From positions 1-50,421 of the IMG/VR virus record IMGVR_UViG_3300046772_000037: a DNA stretch of 50,421 bases. The stretch is one strand, 5' to 3'. Positions 30,150 through 44,263 of the stretch are shown here, piece after piece. The notes beneath the pieces are model-generated. The model was not told the origin of the DNA, made no database searches, and was given only the letters and a program-made list of their open reading frames with translations. Position numbers and translations under genes: made by a program. Position 1 is the first letter of the stretch. Each line of letters opens with the position of its first letter. This DNA comes from a virus (Duplodnaviria; Caudoviricetes).

Positions 30150-30312
30150 TTGCACCCTCCTCGTTAGTAATAAAGTTTAACTCATCAACGTATGCTTTAG
30201 CCCATGCTGAAGCAGATTCTTCAGATTCCCAAGGGCCAGAGGTATCAATCTCTTCCCCGTCGGAAAAGACTAGGCACTCTAAATTTTCATTTATTGTATA
30301 AGTATACTTCAT
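30136..30312 (-). CDS. 58-aa acidic hypothetical protein (absent from the ORF track)
   Basis: [58 protein letters not shown]; fills the gap, AGGTG RBS, overlaps the next start. Confidence 0.7.
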   Translation of the reverse strand: MKYTYTINENLECLVFSDGEEIDTSGPWESEESASAWAKAYVDELNFITNEEGANASD

Positions 30313-30322
30313 ATCAATTCAC

Positions 30323-31243
30323 CTAGTTTGCAACTGCTGAAGTTGCAATCTTTCCTTCTGCTCCACCAATAACAAAGCCATTAAGCCCGTTTACTAGCCC
30401 GTAAGTAATTGAATTTATATTTGTAGTTCCAAAAGAAGAAGAAACGGAAGACCAGTTTCTTCCGTCAATTGAGTAGGCCATCTGACCATTTACTCCAACT
30501 GCTGTAAAAATGTCTGAGCCAAAATAAACATCTTTGATTGCTAACCCACCAAATGGATTTACTCTTTGTATCCATGTAGTTCCATCAGGAGATGTTCCTA
30601 TTTTTCCATCAGCACCAACTGCTACCCATATATTGTTTGCATAAGTAACAGAGTTTATTTGACTGGTTCCAAATCCTGTAACCCTCTGAGACCAAGTCGC
30701 ACCGTTGTCATTAGAAGTAGCAATTTTTCCACTTGCTCCTACAGCAACAAAAACCCCGTTACCATAAGCAACTCCATATATAAAAGAAGTTCCAAAACTA
30801 GAATCTGCTACTTGAGCCCAAGATATTCCATCAACTGATGTAGCAATTTTTCCTGATGCCCCAACCGCAACAAAAGTATTGTTGGCAAAAGCAACATTAA
30901 AAATTGAAGTAGTGATAAATGAACTTGCTCTTTGAATCCAACTTATTCCAGTATTTGATGTTCCTAGTTTTCCTGTTCCACCAACTGCTACATACAATCC
31001 TTGGCCATAAGCAATGTCATATATTAAAGAAGTTCCAAAAGAACTTGAACGCTGTGTCCATGCAATACCATCTACAGAATCTGCAAGTTTTGCTGTAGTT
31101 CCCACTGCCCAAAATTTATTATTCAAATATTGAACACTGAGAATTTCATCAGTAGAAACAAACGATGATGTTTGTTGAGTAAAAGAACCAGGAGATGCCG
31201 CTCTTGCTCTTGATGAAAAAATGCCGTGAAGAGTTCTAATCAT
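30323..31243 (-). CDS. BNR/Asp-box-type beta-propeller virion protein
   Basis: About seven 42-aa repeats (YGNG.FVAVG..GKIATS.DG..W.QR.S.FGT); likely ATG 31243 overlapping upstream TAA. Confidence 0.8.
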   Translation of the reverse strand: MIRTLHGIFSSRARAASPGSFTQQTSSFVSTDEILSVQYLNNKFWAVGTTAKLADSVDGIAWTQRSSSFGTSLIYDIAYGQGLYVAVGGTGKLGTSNTGISWIQRASSFITTSIFNVAFANNTFVAVGASGKIATSVDGISWAQVADSSFGTSFIYGVAYGNGVFVAVGASGKIATSNDNGATWSQRVTGFGTSQINSVTYANNIWVAVGADGKIGTSPDGTTWIQRVNPFGGLAIKDVYFGSDIFTAVGVNGQMAYSIDGRNWSSVSSSFGTTNINSITYGLVNGLNGFVIGGAEGKIATSAVAN

Positions 31244-32637
31244 TATGCAGACAAACTTCCACTCAAGAGCCACTCGTTGGCTCCCATTTTTATTAGAGAA
31301 GCAGTAGCATATTGCTGAGATGTTTTTCTCTTACTTCCTTCAGAATACAAAGCAACTGTTCCTGCTGGCACAAAGGTCAACTGACCTGTTCCATATTGAA
31401 CAATCACAATCTGAGTTCCATTAGCAAAAGTAAATCCACCAGTTCCATCTTGAGGAATTGTTATATCACTACCGCTTGTAGGAGTAAGTTTTAGAATCTT
31501 GAAAGCATCAACTGACGAAAGTGTTGTTGAGCCATTGTATGTAATTGAAGGAAGTTCATATACAGCAGGTCCAGTAGGTCCAGTAATTCCCTGAGGTCCT
31601 GTAGGTCCCAAATCAGCAACGGTAATAAGTCCGCCCATAGAGCCATGGAATTCACATACATAGTAAAGAGTTGATGGGGCATCAAGAGGGACTTCCCAAA
31701 TCAAAGTTCCAACTTGAGTTCCAGGATTTGTTACACCGCTAGTGTATTGATTTCCAACAATATATCCACCAGTATTAATACTGGTTTGTAGACGGAATGG
31801 GTGACCGTTAGCGTTTATATCAAAGACATAACGATTTCCTCTAATAACATACAAGGTTGGATTACTTACTCCATTAAACAAATATGCTGAAGAGCCACTA
31901 TTTCCTACTGTGTAAGTTACTCCACCACTTCTTCCAGTTGGTCCAGTAGGTCCAGGAACTGTAGATGTTGGGCCTGTTGCACCTGTTGGTCCTTGAATAT
32001 TTCCAGCACTAATCCATTGACTTGTTGCTGGGTCCCAAACATAAAGAACACCAACAACTAAATAACCTTCACCAGCATTTCCCACTGGTCGTGCTGCTTG
32101 TAGCGCTGCCAACGTTGCGTATGAACCAAGAATATTTAATCCTTGTCCTTGTTGACCTGTAGCACCTGTAGCGCCCGTTGCTCCTGTTGGCCCGGTAATT
32201 CCTTGTGGACCAGAAACTCCTGTTGCTCCAGTTGCACCTGTTGGTCCTAAGTTACCTTGCGGTCCTGTTGGTCCTTGGAATCCACGAACACCAGTGGGTC
32301 CTGTTGCTCCAGTCAAACCTGTTGGACCTGTTACACCTTGAGGACCTTGAGGTCCAAGTGGACCAGTAGGACCCTGAATGCCTTGAGGACCTGGAACAGT
32401 TGAGTTTGGTCCTGTTGGTCCTGTAATTCCAGGACCTGTTGGGCCTAATGGTCCCTGTGGCCCGGTAGGTCCTTGAATACCTTGTGTGCCAGTTGGTCCT
32501 GTAGGACCTACAGGGCCTGTGGCCCCAGCAGCAATTGTTCTAACTAATCTCCAAGAACTTCCGTTCCAGCGATAAGTTAAATTACCAAAAACATATTCTT
32601 GGTTGAGTGTAGGAGAACTAGGAAAATCAATAGGCAT
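31243..32637 (-). CDS. Collagen-like fibre protein with an embedded cupredoxin-like domain
   Basis: MPIDFPSSP start; GPT tracts; GHPF...[12 protein letters not shown]; C-terminal [16 protein letters not shown]...EWLLSGSL domain. Confidence 0.85.
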   Translation of the reverse strand: MPIDFPSSPTLNQEYVFGNLTYRWNGSSWRLVRTIAAGATGPVGPTGPTGTQGIQGPTGPQGPLGPTGPGITGPTGPNSTVPGPQGIQGPTGPLGPQGPQGVTGPTGLTGATGPTGVRGFQGPTGPQGNLGPTGATGATGVSGPQGITGPTGATGATGATGQQGQGLNILGSYATLAALQAARPVGNAGEGYLVVGVLYVWDPATSQWISAGNIQGPTGATGPTSTVPGPTGPTGRSGGVTYTVGNSGSSAYLFNGVSNPTLYVIRGNRYVFDINANGHPFRLQTSINTGGYIVGNQYTSGVTNPGTQVGTLIWEVPLDAPSTLYYVCEFHGSMGGLITVADLGPTGPQGITGPTGPAVYELPSITYNGSTTLSSVDAFKILKLTPTSGSDITIPQDGTGGFTFANGTQIVIVQYGTGQLTFVPAGTVALYSEGSKRKTSQQYATASLIKMGANEWLLSGSLSA

Positions 32638-32639
32638 AA

Positions 32640-33689
32640 TTAAATCTCCACCACTTGAATTTTATTTGAATAACCAGAATCAACTCTTAGTCCAACAGAA
32701 CCACCCATTTGTAGTTCATTTCCAGAGTTTTGCCATGCCCAAACTTCAAAGAACTCGCCATTATCTAAAACAGCAATTGTAGAAGAAGTTACAACTGTAA
32801 AATCGTTATTGATTCCAGTATGAATCTCTCCTTGTCTTAATTGCGTATTTCCAGAAACATTTCCTGTCGTGTTGTGGTAAATCCAAGTTGCTCTTGCACC
32901 TACAGGGTCTGGACCAAAGTTTATTTGCCATGTAACTAAATAAGTTTTAGTTGTTCCAGAGTTGTTTGTAAATCTACCAACTTGTGTTGTTCCATCATAG
33001 GTAAGAGAAACACTTCCTCTAGAATTTATTGGGTCGGTGGTATTCCACTGAACTCTTGTCTCAATACCTGAGGAAATATTTTGCGTTGTGCTATGACGAC
33101 GTGCTAAAACATTTGATGAATATTGTGGTCCTTGTGTGCCAGTTGGACCAGTTGGTCCAGTAACACCTGGTCCAGTAGGACCAGTGACACCGCGAGGACC
33201 AGTAGGGCCAGTAACGGCAGGGCCTGTTGGTCCCGTTGGTCCAGTTGGACCAGGAATAATTGATGCAGCACCTGTTGGACCTGTTGGACCTAGTAGCCCA
33301 AGATTTCCTTGTGGACCCACTGGGCCAGTAGGACCTAGTGGTCCTGTTGGACCTGTTACACCAGCAATACTTGATGCAGATTCAACCCAGTAGCCATCGT
33401 AGTAAACATAAATTTGTCCTGTTGTTGCATCAAACCAAGCATCTCCTAGTGCTGGAGTTGCGGGTGGTGTTGATGATGAAAGCGCAAAGGAACCATATCT
33501 TCCAGTTGGTCCAGTAGAACCAGTTGGACCAGGAACTGTTGATGCAGCGCCAGTAGCACCCGTTGGACCTGTTGGTCCTATTACTTCAGTTACAACTAAA
33601 TCCCAAGTGGTGCCAGTCCACTTCCATTGCTGTCCACCATAAGTATAAGTTTGATTTAACGAGGGTGAGGATGGGAAATCAATTGCCAT
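32640..33689 (-). CDS. Collagen-like fibre protein with a C1q/TNF-like C-terminal head
   Basis: MAIDFPSSP start; GPT tracts; beta-sandwich tail (YLVTWQINF...[16 protein letters not shown]). Confidence 0.8.
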   Translation of the reverse strand: MAIDFPSSPSLNQTYTYGGQQWKWTGTTWDLVVTEVIGPTGPTGATGAASTVPGPTGSTGPTGRYGSFALSSSTPPATPALGDAWFDATTGQIYVYYDGYWVESASSIAGVTGPTGPLGPTGPVGPQGNLGLLGPTGPTGAASIIPGPTGPTGPTGPAVTGPTGPRGVTGPTGPGVTGPTGPTGTQGPQYSSNVLARRHSTTQNISSGIETRVQWNTTDPINSRGSVSLTYDGTTQVGRFTNNSGTTKTYLVTWQINFGPDPVGARATWIYHNTTGNVSGNTQLRQGEIHTGINNDFTVVTSSTIAVLDNGEFFEVWAWQNSGNELQMGGSVGLRVDSGYSNKIQVVEI

Positions 33690-33692
33690 TTA

Positions 33693-37859
<4,167 letters not shown>

Positions 37860-37964
37860 TTACACTCCATGACCCCTAAAGCGGACAAGATACAATGCGC
37901 CTATTGTTGCTCTAATTTTACGTTGTTTTTAAGCACACGAGTTTGACGCTGAGACAAAAATCAA

Positions 37965-39197
37965 TCAGCACTTTGTGCTAATTATACTTATGTCTTGCTT
38001 TGGGGAATGTCCTTCCCCTAAAACCATAGTCAATAGTCCTGGCTCAGATTCAAGGCCAACCCTGTCCCTAAACCACCCAGAACCACCGTCAAGGGTAGGG
38101 CATTGAGCCCAAAACCTTTGACCTATATCTTCAGACCTAAAGTGGTGATAGTGTCCAGAAAGCCACACATCACAGCGGCCTAGAGGAGTATTTCCAGCGG
38201 CTTGTCCAGAGATATATTTTAGAGCACCGCCACTTTTCATTTGGTGTCCATGGAAAAGACCAAGCATTGTTCCATTCACATCCAAGGCTAAAGTTTGATG
38301 CCCGCTCTGAGGAAACCTAAATTCAACTTTAGAAAGTTCTTTTACTTCGCGGCAAACGTCTGACACAGCGCTGACTATTTCTGTATTCCATCCCTCCGCT
38401 GGGTCAACATTTACTTGTCTAGTAACTTCATCATGGTTTCCATTTACAACAGCCACAACTATGTTTGGACATACTTCAGAAAATGCTTTGATTTGTGCAA
38501 GTAAAACTCGTCTAGCAACTCTAATTTGTTCAGTAAGCCCTAGGTCGGATGCGTAGGTGCTTTGAAGTTTTCCGTTTTGTGAAGTGTTTCCCTCAACGTG
38601 GTCACCAAGAAGAGCAATAACTACTTTTGAAAGAGGTCTTCCCGCTGCTTCTAACTCTTGATACCTGTGGACTGCTTTCTCTGTTACATCAAGAATTCTT
38701 TCTACTATCTCGTCTGTTCCAGTTCCACTTGCTCTTTTTCCTATTTGTTGGTCACTTGGCGCGACAACAAAAGCCAAACCAGTTTTTTGTTTTTTCTTGG
38801 GTCTAGAAAGAGGCTTCCATGTTTCTAACTTTTTCTTTATTTTTTCAACGTCTTCCTTAAGAGCAGTCTCCACTGCTTTAGGAACTAATGTCAGCCTGTA
38901 TGAGGTAAGCCAATCTTCGTCATATTTTTGCCATCTACTAGTTCTAACCCCAACGACAGCCCATTGTTTAGGGTCTAAATTAAATTCCTTGAGAATCTCT
39001 TCCGAATCAGCGTTGTTATCTTTTCTTGGTGTTGATACCAAGAATCCACCATTTTCGTCAAGTTCAATTCGTGGTCGCCACTCCTCTGCTGGAGCCGATT
39101 GCTTTATATCGCTTCCAGTGACTCCAGGAGATGACAACTTTTCGTGTATTGCCTTTAGGAGTGAGTTTGGGTCTTTCTCCTCAGCAACTTTTTTCAT
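37965..39197 (-). CDS. Calcineurin-like metallophosphoesterase (Mre11/SbcD-like)
   Basis: SDQQIG, LGDHVEG, GNHDE, HGH, GHYHH motifs. Confidence 0.85.
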   Translation of the reverse strand: MKKVAEEKDPNSLLKAIHEKLSSPGVTGSDIKQSAPAEEWRPRIELDENGGFLVSTPRKDNNADSEEILKEFNLDPKQWAVVGVRTSRWQKYDEDWLTSYRLTLVPKAVETALKEDVEKIKKKLETWKPLSRPKKKQKTGLAFVVAPSDQQIGKRASGTGTDEIVERILDVTEKAVHRYQELEAAGRPLSKVVIALLGDHVEGNTSQNGKLQSTYASDLGLTEQIRVARRVLLAQIKAFSEVCPNIVVAVVNGNHDEVTRQVNVDPAEGWNTEIVSAVSDVCREVKELSKVEFRFPQSGHQTLALDVNGTMLGLFHGHQMKSGGALKYISGQAAGNTPLGRCDVWLSGHYHHFRSEDIGQRFWAQCPTLDGGSGWFRDRVGLESEPGLLTMVLGEGHSPKQDISIISTKC

Positions 39198-39538
39198 TTA
39201 TTTTTAGCCCCCGCTCGCATTGGTGTTGTTTTTTGCGTCTCTTCCACTACTGGAATTGTGACTGGGTTGATGCGGTGAGGGCTATTTTTGCCGATAAAGC
39301 ATCTACAGTTTTTTCCTCTATGCAATCTAATAGAGGCAAATGCTATGTTGTATCCCTCTTCTTCTAAAATTCTAAAAATCAGTCTATTTGATACTCCATT
39401 GGGGTATGGAGTAGCATTGAAAAGAGCAACCAGTGCTTCCCTATCAACCTCATCAAGTTGAGAAATTAATTTTCCTATACCGCAAGGCAAGCCTGGACCT
39501 GTGGGGGTTAGTTTATTTATTCTTTCTGCAAGACTCAT
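39194..39538 (-). CDS. Hypothetical protein, possible Zn/HTH DNA-binding
   Basis: PCGIG...HRGKNCRC; ATGA-type overlap with the phosphoesterase. Confidence 0.6.
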   Translation of the reverse strand: MSLAERINKLTPTGPGLPCGIGKLISQLDEVDREALVALFNATPYPNGVSNRLIFRILEEEGYNIAFASIRLHRGKNCRCFIGKNSPHRINPVTIPVVEETQKTTPMRAGAKNK

Positions 39539-39643
39539 AAGAGTTGTGCTCCGTTTCTAACAAACCACGACGGGTTTGTGAACGGTAGCGTAACAGGTAA
39601 GCCTCAAGTATAGGAAGATACCTACCCGGCGTGTCGCTAAAAA

Positions 39644-39994
39644 CTATTCTGACGCTTTTTTGCGAGTGCGTGGTTTTTTAGGAGTATTGTTTGTGACGTG
39701 AGAGTCAACTAAAATAGTTACTAAGTTTTTGACAATAGCAATTTCTGCTGATACTTTATTACTTGTCTCTTCTAAACGATTCACTCTGTCCATTAAAGAT
39801 TTTCCGCTATTTGGCCAAAGTTGATATTCAACTTTTTCCATTCTTTCGCTTAGACTTCTGCCCTGTCCGTCAACCCCGATAGCAGAATCAATTCTTTTTG
39901 CAATCTTATAAATAACTAACGCAAAACTAACTAGCGTAGTTATTGCCCCGACAACAAACAAAAGTTCAGACAAAGGCGACATTTGAGAAAACAT
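39644..39994 (-). CDS. Single-TM membrane protein with coiled coil and basic tail (possible lysis accessory)
   Basis: Hydrophobic LLFVVGAITTLVSFALVIY; NSGKSLMDRVNRLE; start is ATG 39994 or 40009. Confidence 0.6.
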   Translation of the reverse strand: MFSQMSPLSELLFVVGAITTLVSFALVIYKIAKRIDSAIGVDGQGRSLSERMEKVEYQLWPNSGKSLMDRVNRLEETSNKVSAEIAIVKNLVTILVDSHVTNNTPKKPRTRKKASE

Positions 39995-40206
39995 TGTATA
40001 CAATCCCATTAGGTTTTCGGCAGGGTCGCCTTAGACACTATTTTGCCATACTTTGTATACAGGTATTGGCTAGTATCGGTTCTACGGCGGGTTCATCGGC
40101 AAAAAATGTAAATTAAGTGTATAGTCGCTATTGACTAAAGCCTATCCCAGGGGCGAAACTTTATACCCATACTTTTGGGCCAGTAAGAGGAAGTGAGTGA
40201 CGCATA

Positions 40207-42852
40207 GTGACATCTGAAAACAACAATTTGCTACTGGCATCTGCCGAGTGGTACGCAAATCTAGGTTGGAAGATTGTCCCCTGTCACGGAATTACTGAAG
40301 GAAATAAGTGTACTTGTCGCGGTTCCCATGCAGAGCCAAAAGATATTGGTAAGCACCCAGTAACGTCTTGGAACCAAGCAGCAACTTCAGATATAGAAAC
40401 AATTAGGCGTTGGTGGCATACAGAGCCAAATTACAACGTAGGTGTTGTATGTAGACCAAGTGGATTTTTAGTAATTGACGTAGACCCACGCTCAGACGGA
40501 ACTGATTCATTTGCCAAGTTTGAGGAACTTGTTGACGGCAACCTTCCGCCAACTATTGAGGCTCTCACTGGAACTTACACATTGAATTCACAGGCAGTTC
40601 GTGGTCGCCATTTGTATTACAAGTGTGACCCTAGCGAAGATTTGATTGGAAATCTTGAAAAAGTTGGGCTTCGTGGTGTTGATATTAAGCACAATGGCTA
40701 TGTTCTTATTGCACCATCAAAACACTATTCAGGAACTACATACGAGTGGGTTGATGGAAAGCGTCCAGACCAAATTGAGATAGCAGAGGCTCCAGAAGAA
40801 CTGCTTCAATTTTTGCGTAAAAAGAATAGAAAGAAAAAGGGCACTAGTTATGCGGCTGGGGACTGGGACAGCATATTTGATGAACTTCAGTTCAATGGAG
40901 AACGTTTAGATATTGACAAACTTTTGGATAAAGGTTTAGTTGAAGGCGAAAGAGCCGTTGGGTTATACAAAATTGCTTTGTCATTAGCAAATAAGATTGG
41001 AACTCAGACCGAAGCACAGAGAACAGCAATTGAAACAACTATGATTCGTTTCAATGCTGAAAAAGTAAATCCTCCAATGCCACTAGAAGGCACCAATAGT
41101 GTTTTGATGCACACTAGAAGAGCGATTGATTATGTTGCGGACAATCCTAAATCAAATATGTTTTGGCCGGCTGGAACATCTTTTGAAGAAGAACAGGCGT
41201 TGACATCTTGGGCTGAAAAATCTCAAGCGGAGACTCGTGGTTCTGCTGAACTACAGCCACTGACTGGAGTAGTTACTCCAAAAATAGAGATGCTATCTCT
41301 TACTCCTCTAGAAAACTACAACGGACTAAGAGAGTCTATTGAGGCAGGTGTTCCTATGGAACAAAGCCTCTTGAATAGAAACCTAGATATTGCCCCGGAC
41401 CAAGATGCTTTGTATGAAGAAGACGGTGGAACGCCTGGCAAGAGAAGCCTTACAGATGTTGGAAATGGTCGTCGTTTAGTTGACCTATTCAATCCAATGA
41501 TTAGATACACCGAAGGTCTTGGATGGTTTCATTGGAACGGTTCTCACTGGAAACCAGACTATGAAAAATTAGATATTAAAGAACTTACAAAAAAATTGGG
41601 TTCAATAATTGTTTCTGAAAGTAAGCAATACACGGAAGATGACCAGATACTAAAAACTGTCCGCTGGGGAAATGACTCTAAATCTGTTGCGAGAATAAAC
41701 TCTGCCATTGACTCTGCTCAATCCGATAGCCGTATTCGCTTAAAAGTAGAAGATTGGGACCAAAACCCAGAACTGCTGGGAGTTCGTAATGGAGTTGTAA
41801 ATCTAAGAACTGGGCAACTAATCAAAAATAGCCCGAACTTATACATAACACGAACTTGTCCCGTTGGATATATTCCTGGCCACACAAATACTAGATGGAA
41901 ACAATTTTTAGACTACGCGACTGGTGGGGATATTGAATACCAAGAATGGCTTCAAAGGGCTGCTGGTTACTCTCTCACTGGTCATAAAAATCTAGATGTG
42001 CTATTTATGGTCTACGGTCCCCCTGGTTCTGGTAAAAATACATTTGTTGAAGCCATAGTAAAAGCGCTAGGAACTCAGCAATACTCTTGGCCATTTGATA
42101 CAAGTGTTATTTCTTTAGGTGATGGGAAAGGTAACTCCCAACAGGATGCTTACTACTGGGCTCAACTTCGTGGCCGTCGTGTTGTTTGGGTAGATGAGTT
42201 GCCTGATTCTGAAAGAATTAAAGAAAACTCGCTAAAGCGCTTGACTGGTTCTTCTGAAATTACTGGTCGCTCTCCTGGAGAAAAACCATTTTCTTTCCAG
42301 TCTCACGCAAAACTATGGATTTCTACTAACCACAGACCAATTATTACTGATGATGCTATGTGGCGCCGTATTAGACCTGTTCCATTTACTCAGGTTCCTG
42401 AAAAGCCAGACCCTGGATTGAAAGATTATATTTTTGACCCTGAAGGTGCTCTTCCAGGAGTTTTGTCTTGGGCTGTTGAAGGAGCAATTAAGTATTTGAA
42501 CTCTAGTTCTATGGATGCTCTTGGTTGGTGCAATGTTGTTAAAGAAGCATCGGAAATTTATCAAAAAGAAGAAGACAGAATTGGTCTGTTCTTAGAAGAA
42601 GAAACAAAGCCAAACCCAGAAGCATCCATCATAATTTCTGATTTGTATTTAGTCTACAAATTATGGAGCCAACGACGTGGCGAACTTGGTCTTAGTCAGA
42701 TGGGCTTCAATAGAAAACTTAGAGATAAGCAGATGGAAATTGAAGGAACTGGAACTAGAGCCGTTGTAAAAGGAATTATGCTTCCCCCACGGGTAGTTCA
42801 AAATGAAACTATTCCTAACTTAGGACTTTCTGCTATACGCTACGGAATCTAG
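40207..42852 (+). CDS. Bifunctional Prim-Pol primase fused to a D5/SF3 helicase
   Basis: GWKIVPC, GKHP, NVGV, VIDVD, GRHLYY, VDIK..GYVLIAPS; D5_N TDVGNGRR; GPPGSGKNT, VWVDE, STNHRP, DDAMWRR. Confidence 0.93.
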   Translation: MTSENNNLLLASAEWYANLGWKIVPCHGITEGNKCTCRGSHAEPKDIGKHPVTSWNQAATSDIETIRRWWHTEPNYNVGVVCRPSGFLVIDVDPRSDGTDSFAKFEELVDGNLPPTIEALTGTYTLNSQAVRGRHLYYKCDPSEDLIGNLEKVGLRGVDIKHNGYVLIAPSKHYSGTTYEWVDGKRPDQIEIAEAPEELLQFLRKKNRKKKGTSYAAGDWDSIFDELQFNGERLDIDKLLDKGLVEGERAVGLYKIALSLANKIGTQTEAQRTAIETTMIRFNAEKVNPPMPLEGTNSVLMHTRRAIDYVADNPKSNMFWPAGTSFEEEQALTSWAEKSQAETRGSAELQPLTGVVTPKIEMLSLTPLENYNGLRESIEAGVPMEQSLLNRNLDIAPDQDALYEEDGGTPGKRSLTDVGNGRRLVDLFNPMIRYTEGLGWFHWNGSHWKPDYEKLDIKELTKKLGSIIVSESKQYTEDDQILKTVRWGNDSKSVARINSAIDSAQSDSRIRLKVEDWDQNPELLGVRNGVVNLRTGQLIKNSPNLYITRTCPVGYIPGHTNTRWKQFLDYATGGDIEYQEWLQRAAGYSLTGHKNLDVLFMVYGPPGSGKNTFVEAIVKALGTQQYSWPFDTSVISLGDGKGNSQQDAYYWAQLRGRRVVWVDELPDSERIKENSLKRLTGSSEITGRSPGEKPFSFQSHAKLWISTNHRPIITDDAMWRRIRPVPFTQVPEKPDPGLKDYIFDPEGALPGVLSWAVEGAIKYLNSSSMDALGWCNVVKEASEIYQKEEDRIGLFLEEETKPNPEASIIISDLYLVYKLWSQRRGELGLSQMGFNRKLRDKQMEIEGTGTRAVVKGIMLPPRVVQNETIPNLGLSAIRYGI

Positions 42853-44261
42853 GAGCGTGGGCGAAAAACTCTTGCTCCTCTATTGCCGCCATTAATTCCT
42901 GGAATTCTTCTTGCCGCTGGTGACTTAGCAATAAGTCGTCCACCAACAAAACCTTGAGGTGGCTTGATAAGCAATGCTGTCATAGCGTGAACTAATGCAT
43001 CTACTCGGTCTGGAGATTTTCCTTCTCCTGGAACCCAAGAGGTCATTTGGTCTTCTAATTCTGCAAGATACCCGACATGGTGAACTCTTTGTTGTTCGTA
43101 AGCAAGAACAATTGGTTCAGCACGCAATGCTTTTCCGTGCTTTGAGTGAACTTCAAAAACTTTGATATTTGGGTCAATAGAGTTGATTGCACTACGAACA
43201 AGTGCTCCACCTTGGTTGACTTCAGCAACAACTGGGCAACCCCAGCGGCGAGCCATTTCAACAACTTTATTTGCCCATACTTCTGGTGAGCCATGAATAG
43301 TTGCGTCTTCTAAAACCCATGAATGTCTTTTGTATAAATCTGCTTCCCCTGTTGAAGCACATACAACAATTCCACACATATCTCGTGGATTCTCTGCTAC
43401 AGATGGGTCAACCCCAATAACACGAAGAGGAGTTGATTGAGGAAATAGTTTTTCTCTAGCCCCGTCAATCATATCCTGAGACCATAAGGCTCCTTCTATA
43501 TTATCAATCATCTCTCCGTATAGTTCTTGGCGAGCAAGAGATGTTCCTTCATAAACACCCATAATTGCGTCAAGATATGTCTGACTCAAATTTCCTCTGT
43601 TATCCATAGTTGAGCCTCTAGTAATAATTACTTTTCCTTCAGGCTTCTTTGCTTCATCCATAAGTTGATAAAGAAGAGGAATTCTCTTAGGTGTAGTAGT
43701 AAGCATAATTTTTGGATTTTGACCTAGACGAGTTCCCACACGCAAGTTATCAAATGCGGTCATACCAGCAGCATCAGGAGTTTGTCTCCACGCACCAACC
43801 TCATCTCCCCAGGCGTGGGTAAATTGAGGACCACGAAGAGAGTCTGGTTCGTCTGCGGTGAAACAAGTAGCAACATTTCCGTTAGGCCAAGTCAAACGTC
43901 TTTTTGATGGCTCATATAAAGGTTTTTCACTTGGTGGGGAGATATTCATAATCCCAGACTGACCTTCAACAATAACGTCACGAACGTCTGCTGCTGTTCT
44001 TGCTACAAGAGCAAATCTGCGTTGACCAGTATTTGTGTATCTTGCCTCTTCACGAATCCACTCAGATGCGGCACGAGTTTTTCCAGCACCACGACCAGCA
44101 AGATAAACCCAAATATTCCAATCTCCATCAGGAGCAATCTGTTCTGGTCTACCCCAAGCACGCCAATCCCATTGGAGTTTTTCTGGGTCCATAAGAGCAA
44201 GGATTTTTTCTTGTTCTTCCAATGGAAGGCTTGCTAGCCACTCCATTTTGCTTTGTCCCAT
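42849..44261 (-). CDS. terL: Terminase large subunit
   Basis: AGRGAGKT Walker A, LRGPQF..AWGDE Walker B, TTTP, ARQELYGE, IGVDP and SPDRVDA nuclease motifs. Confidence 0.93.
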   Translation of the reverse strand: MGQSKMEWLASLPLEEQEKILALMDPEKLQWDWRAWGRPEQIAPDGDWNIWVYLAGRGAGKTRAASEWIREEARYTNTGQRRFALVARTAADVRDVIVEGQSGIMNISPPSEKPLYEPSKRRLTWPNGNVATCFTADEPDSLRGPQFTHAWGDEVGAWRQTPDAAGMTAFDNLRVGTRLGQNPKIMLTTTPKRIPLLYQLMDEAKKPEGKVIITRGSTMDNRGNLSQTYLDAIMGVYEGTSLARQELYGEMIDNIEGALWSQDMIDGAREKLFPQSTPLRVIGVDPSVAENPRDMCGIVVCASTGEADLYKRHSWVLEDATIHGSPEVWANKVVEMARRWGCPVVAEVNQGGALVRSAINSIDPNIKVFEVHSKHGKALRAEPIVLAYEQQRVHHVGYLAELEDQMTSWVPGEGKSPDRVDALVHAMTALLIKPPQGFVGGRLIAKSPAARRIPGINGGNRGARVFRPRS

Positions 44262-44263
44262 GG

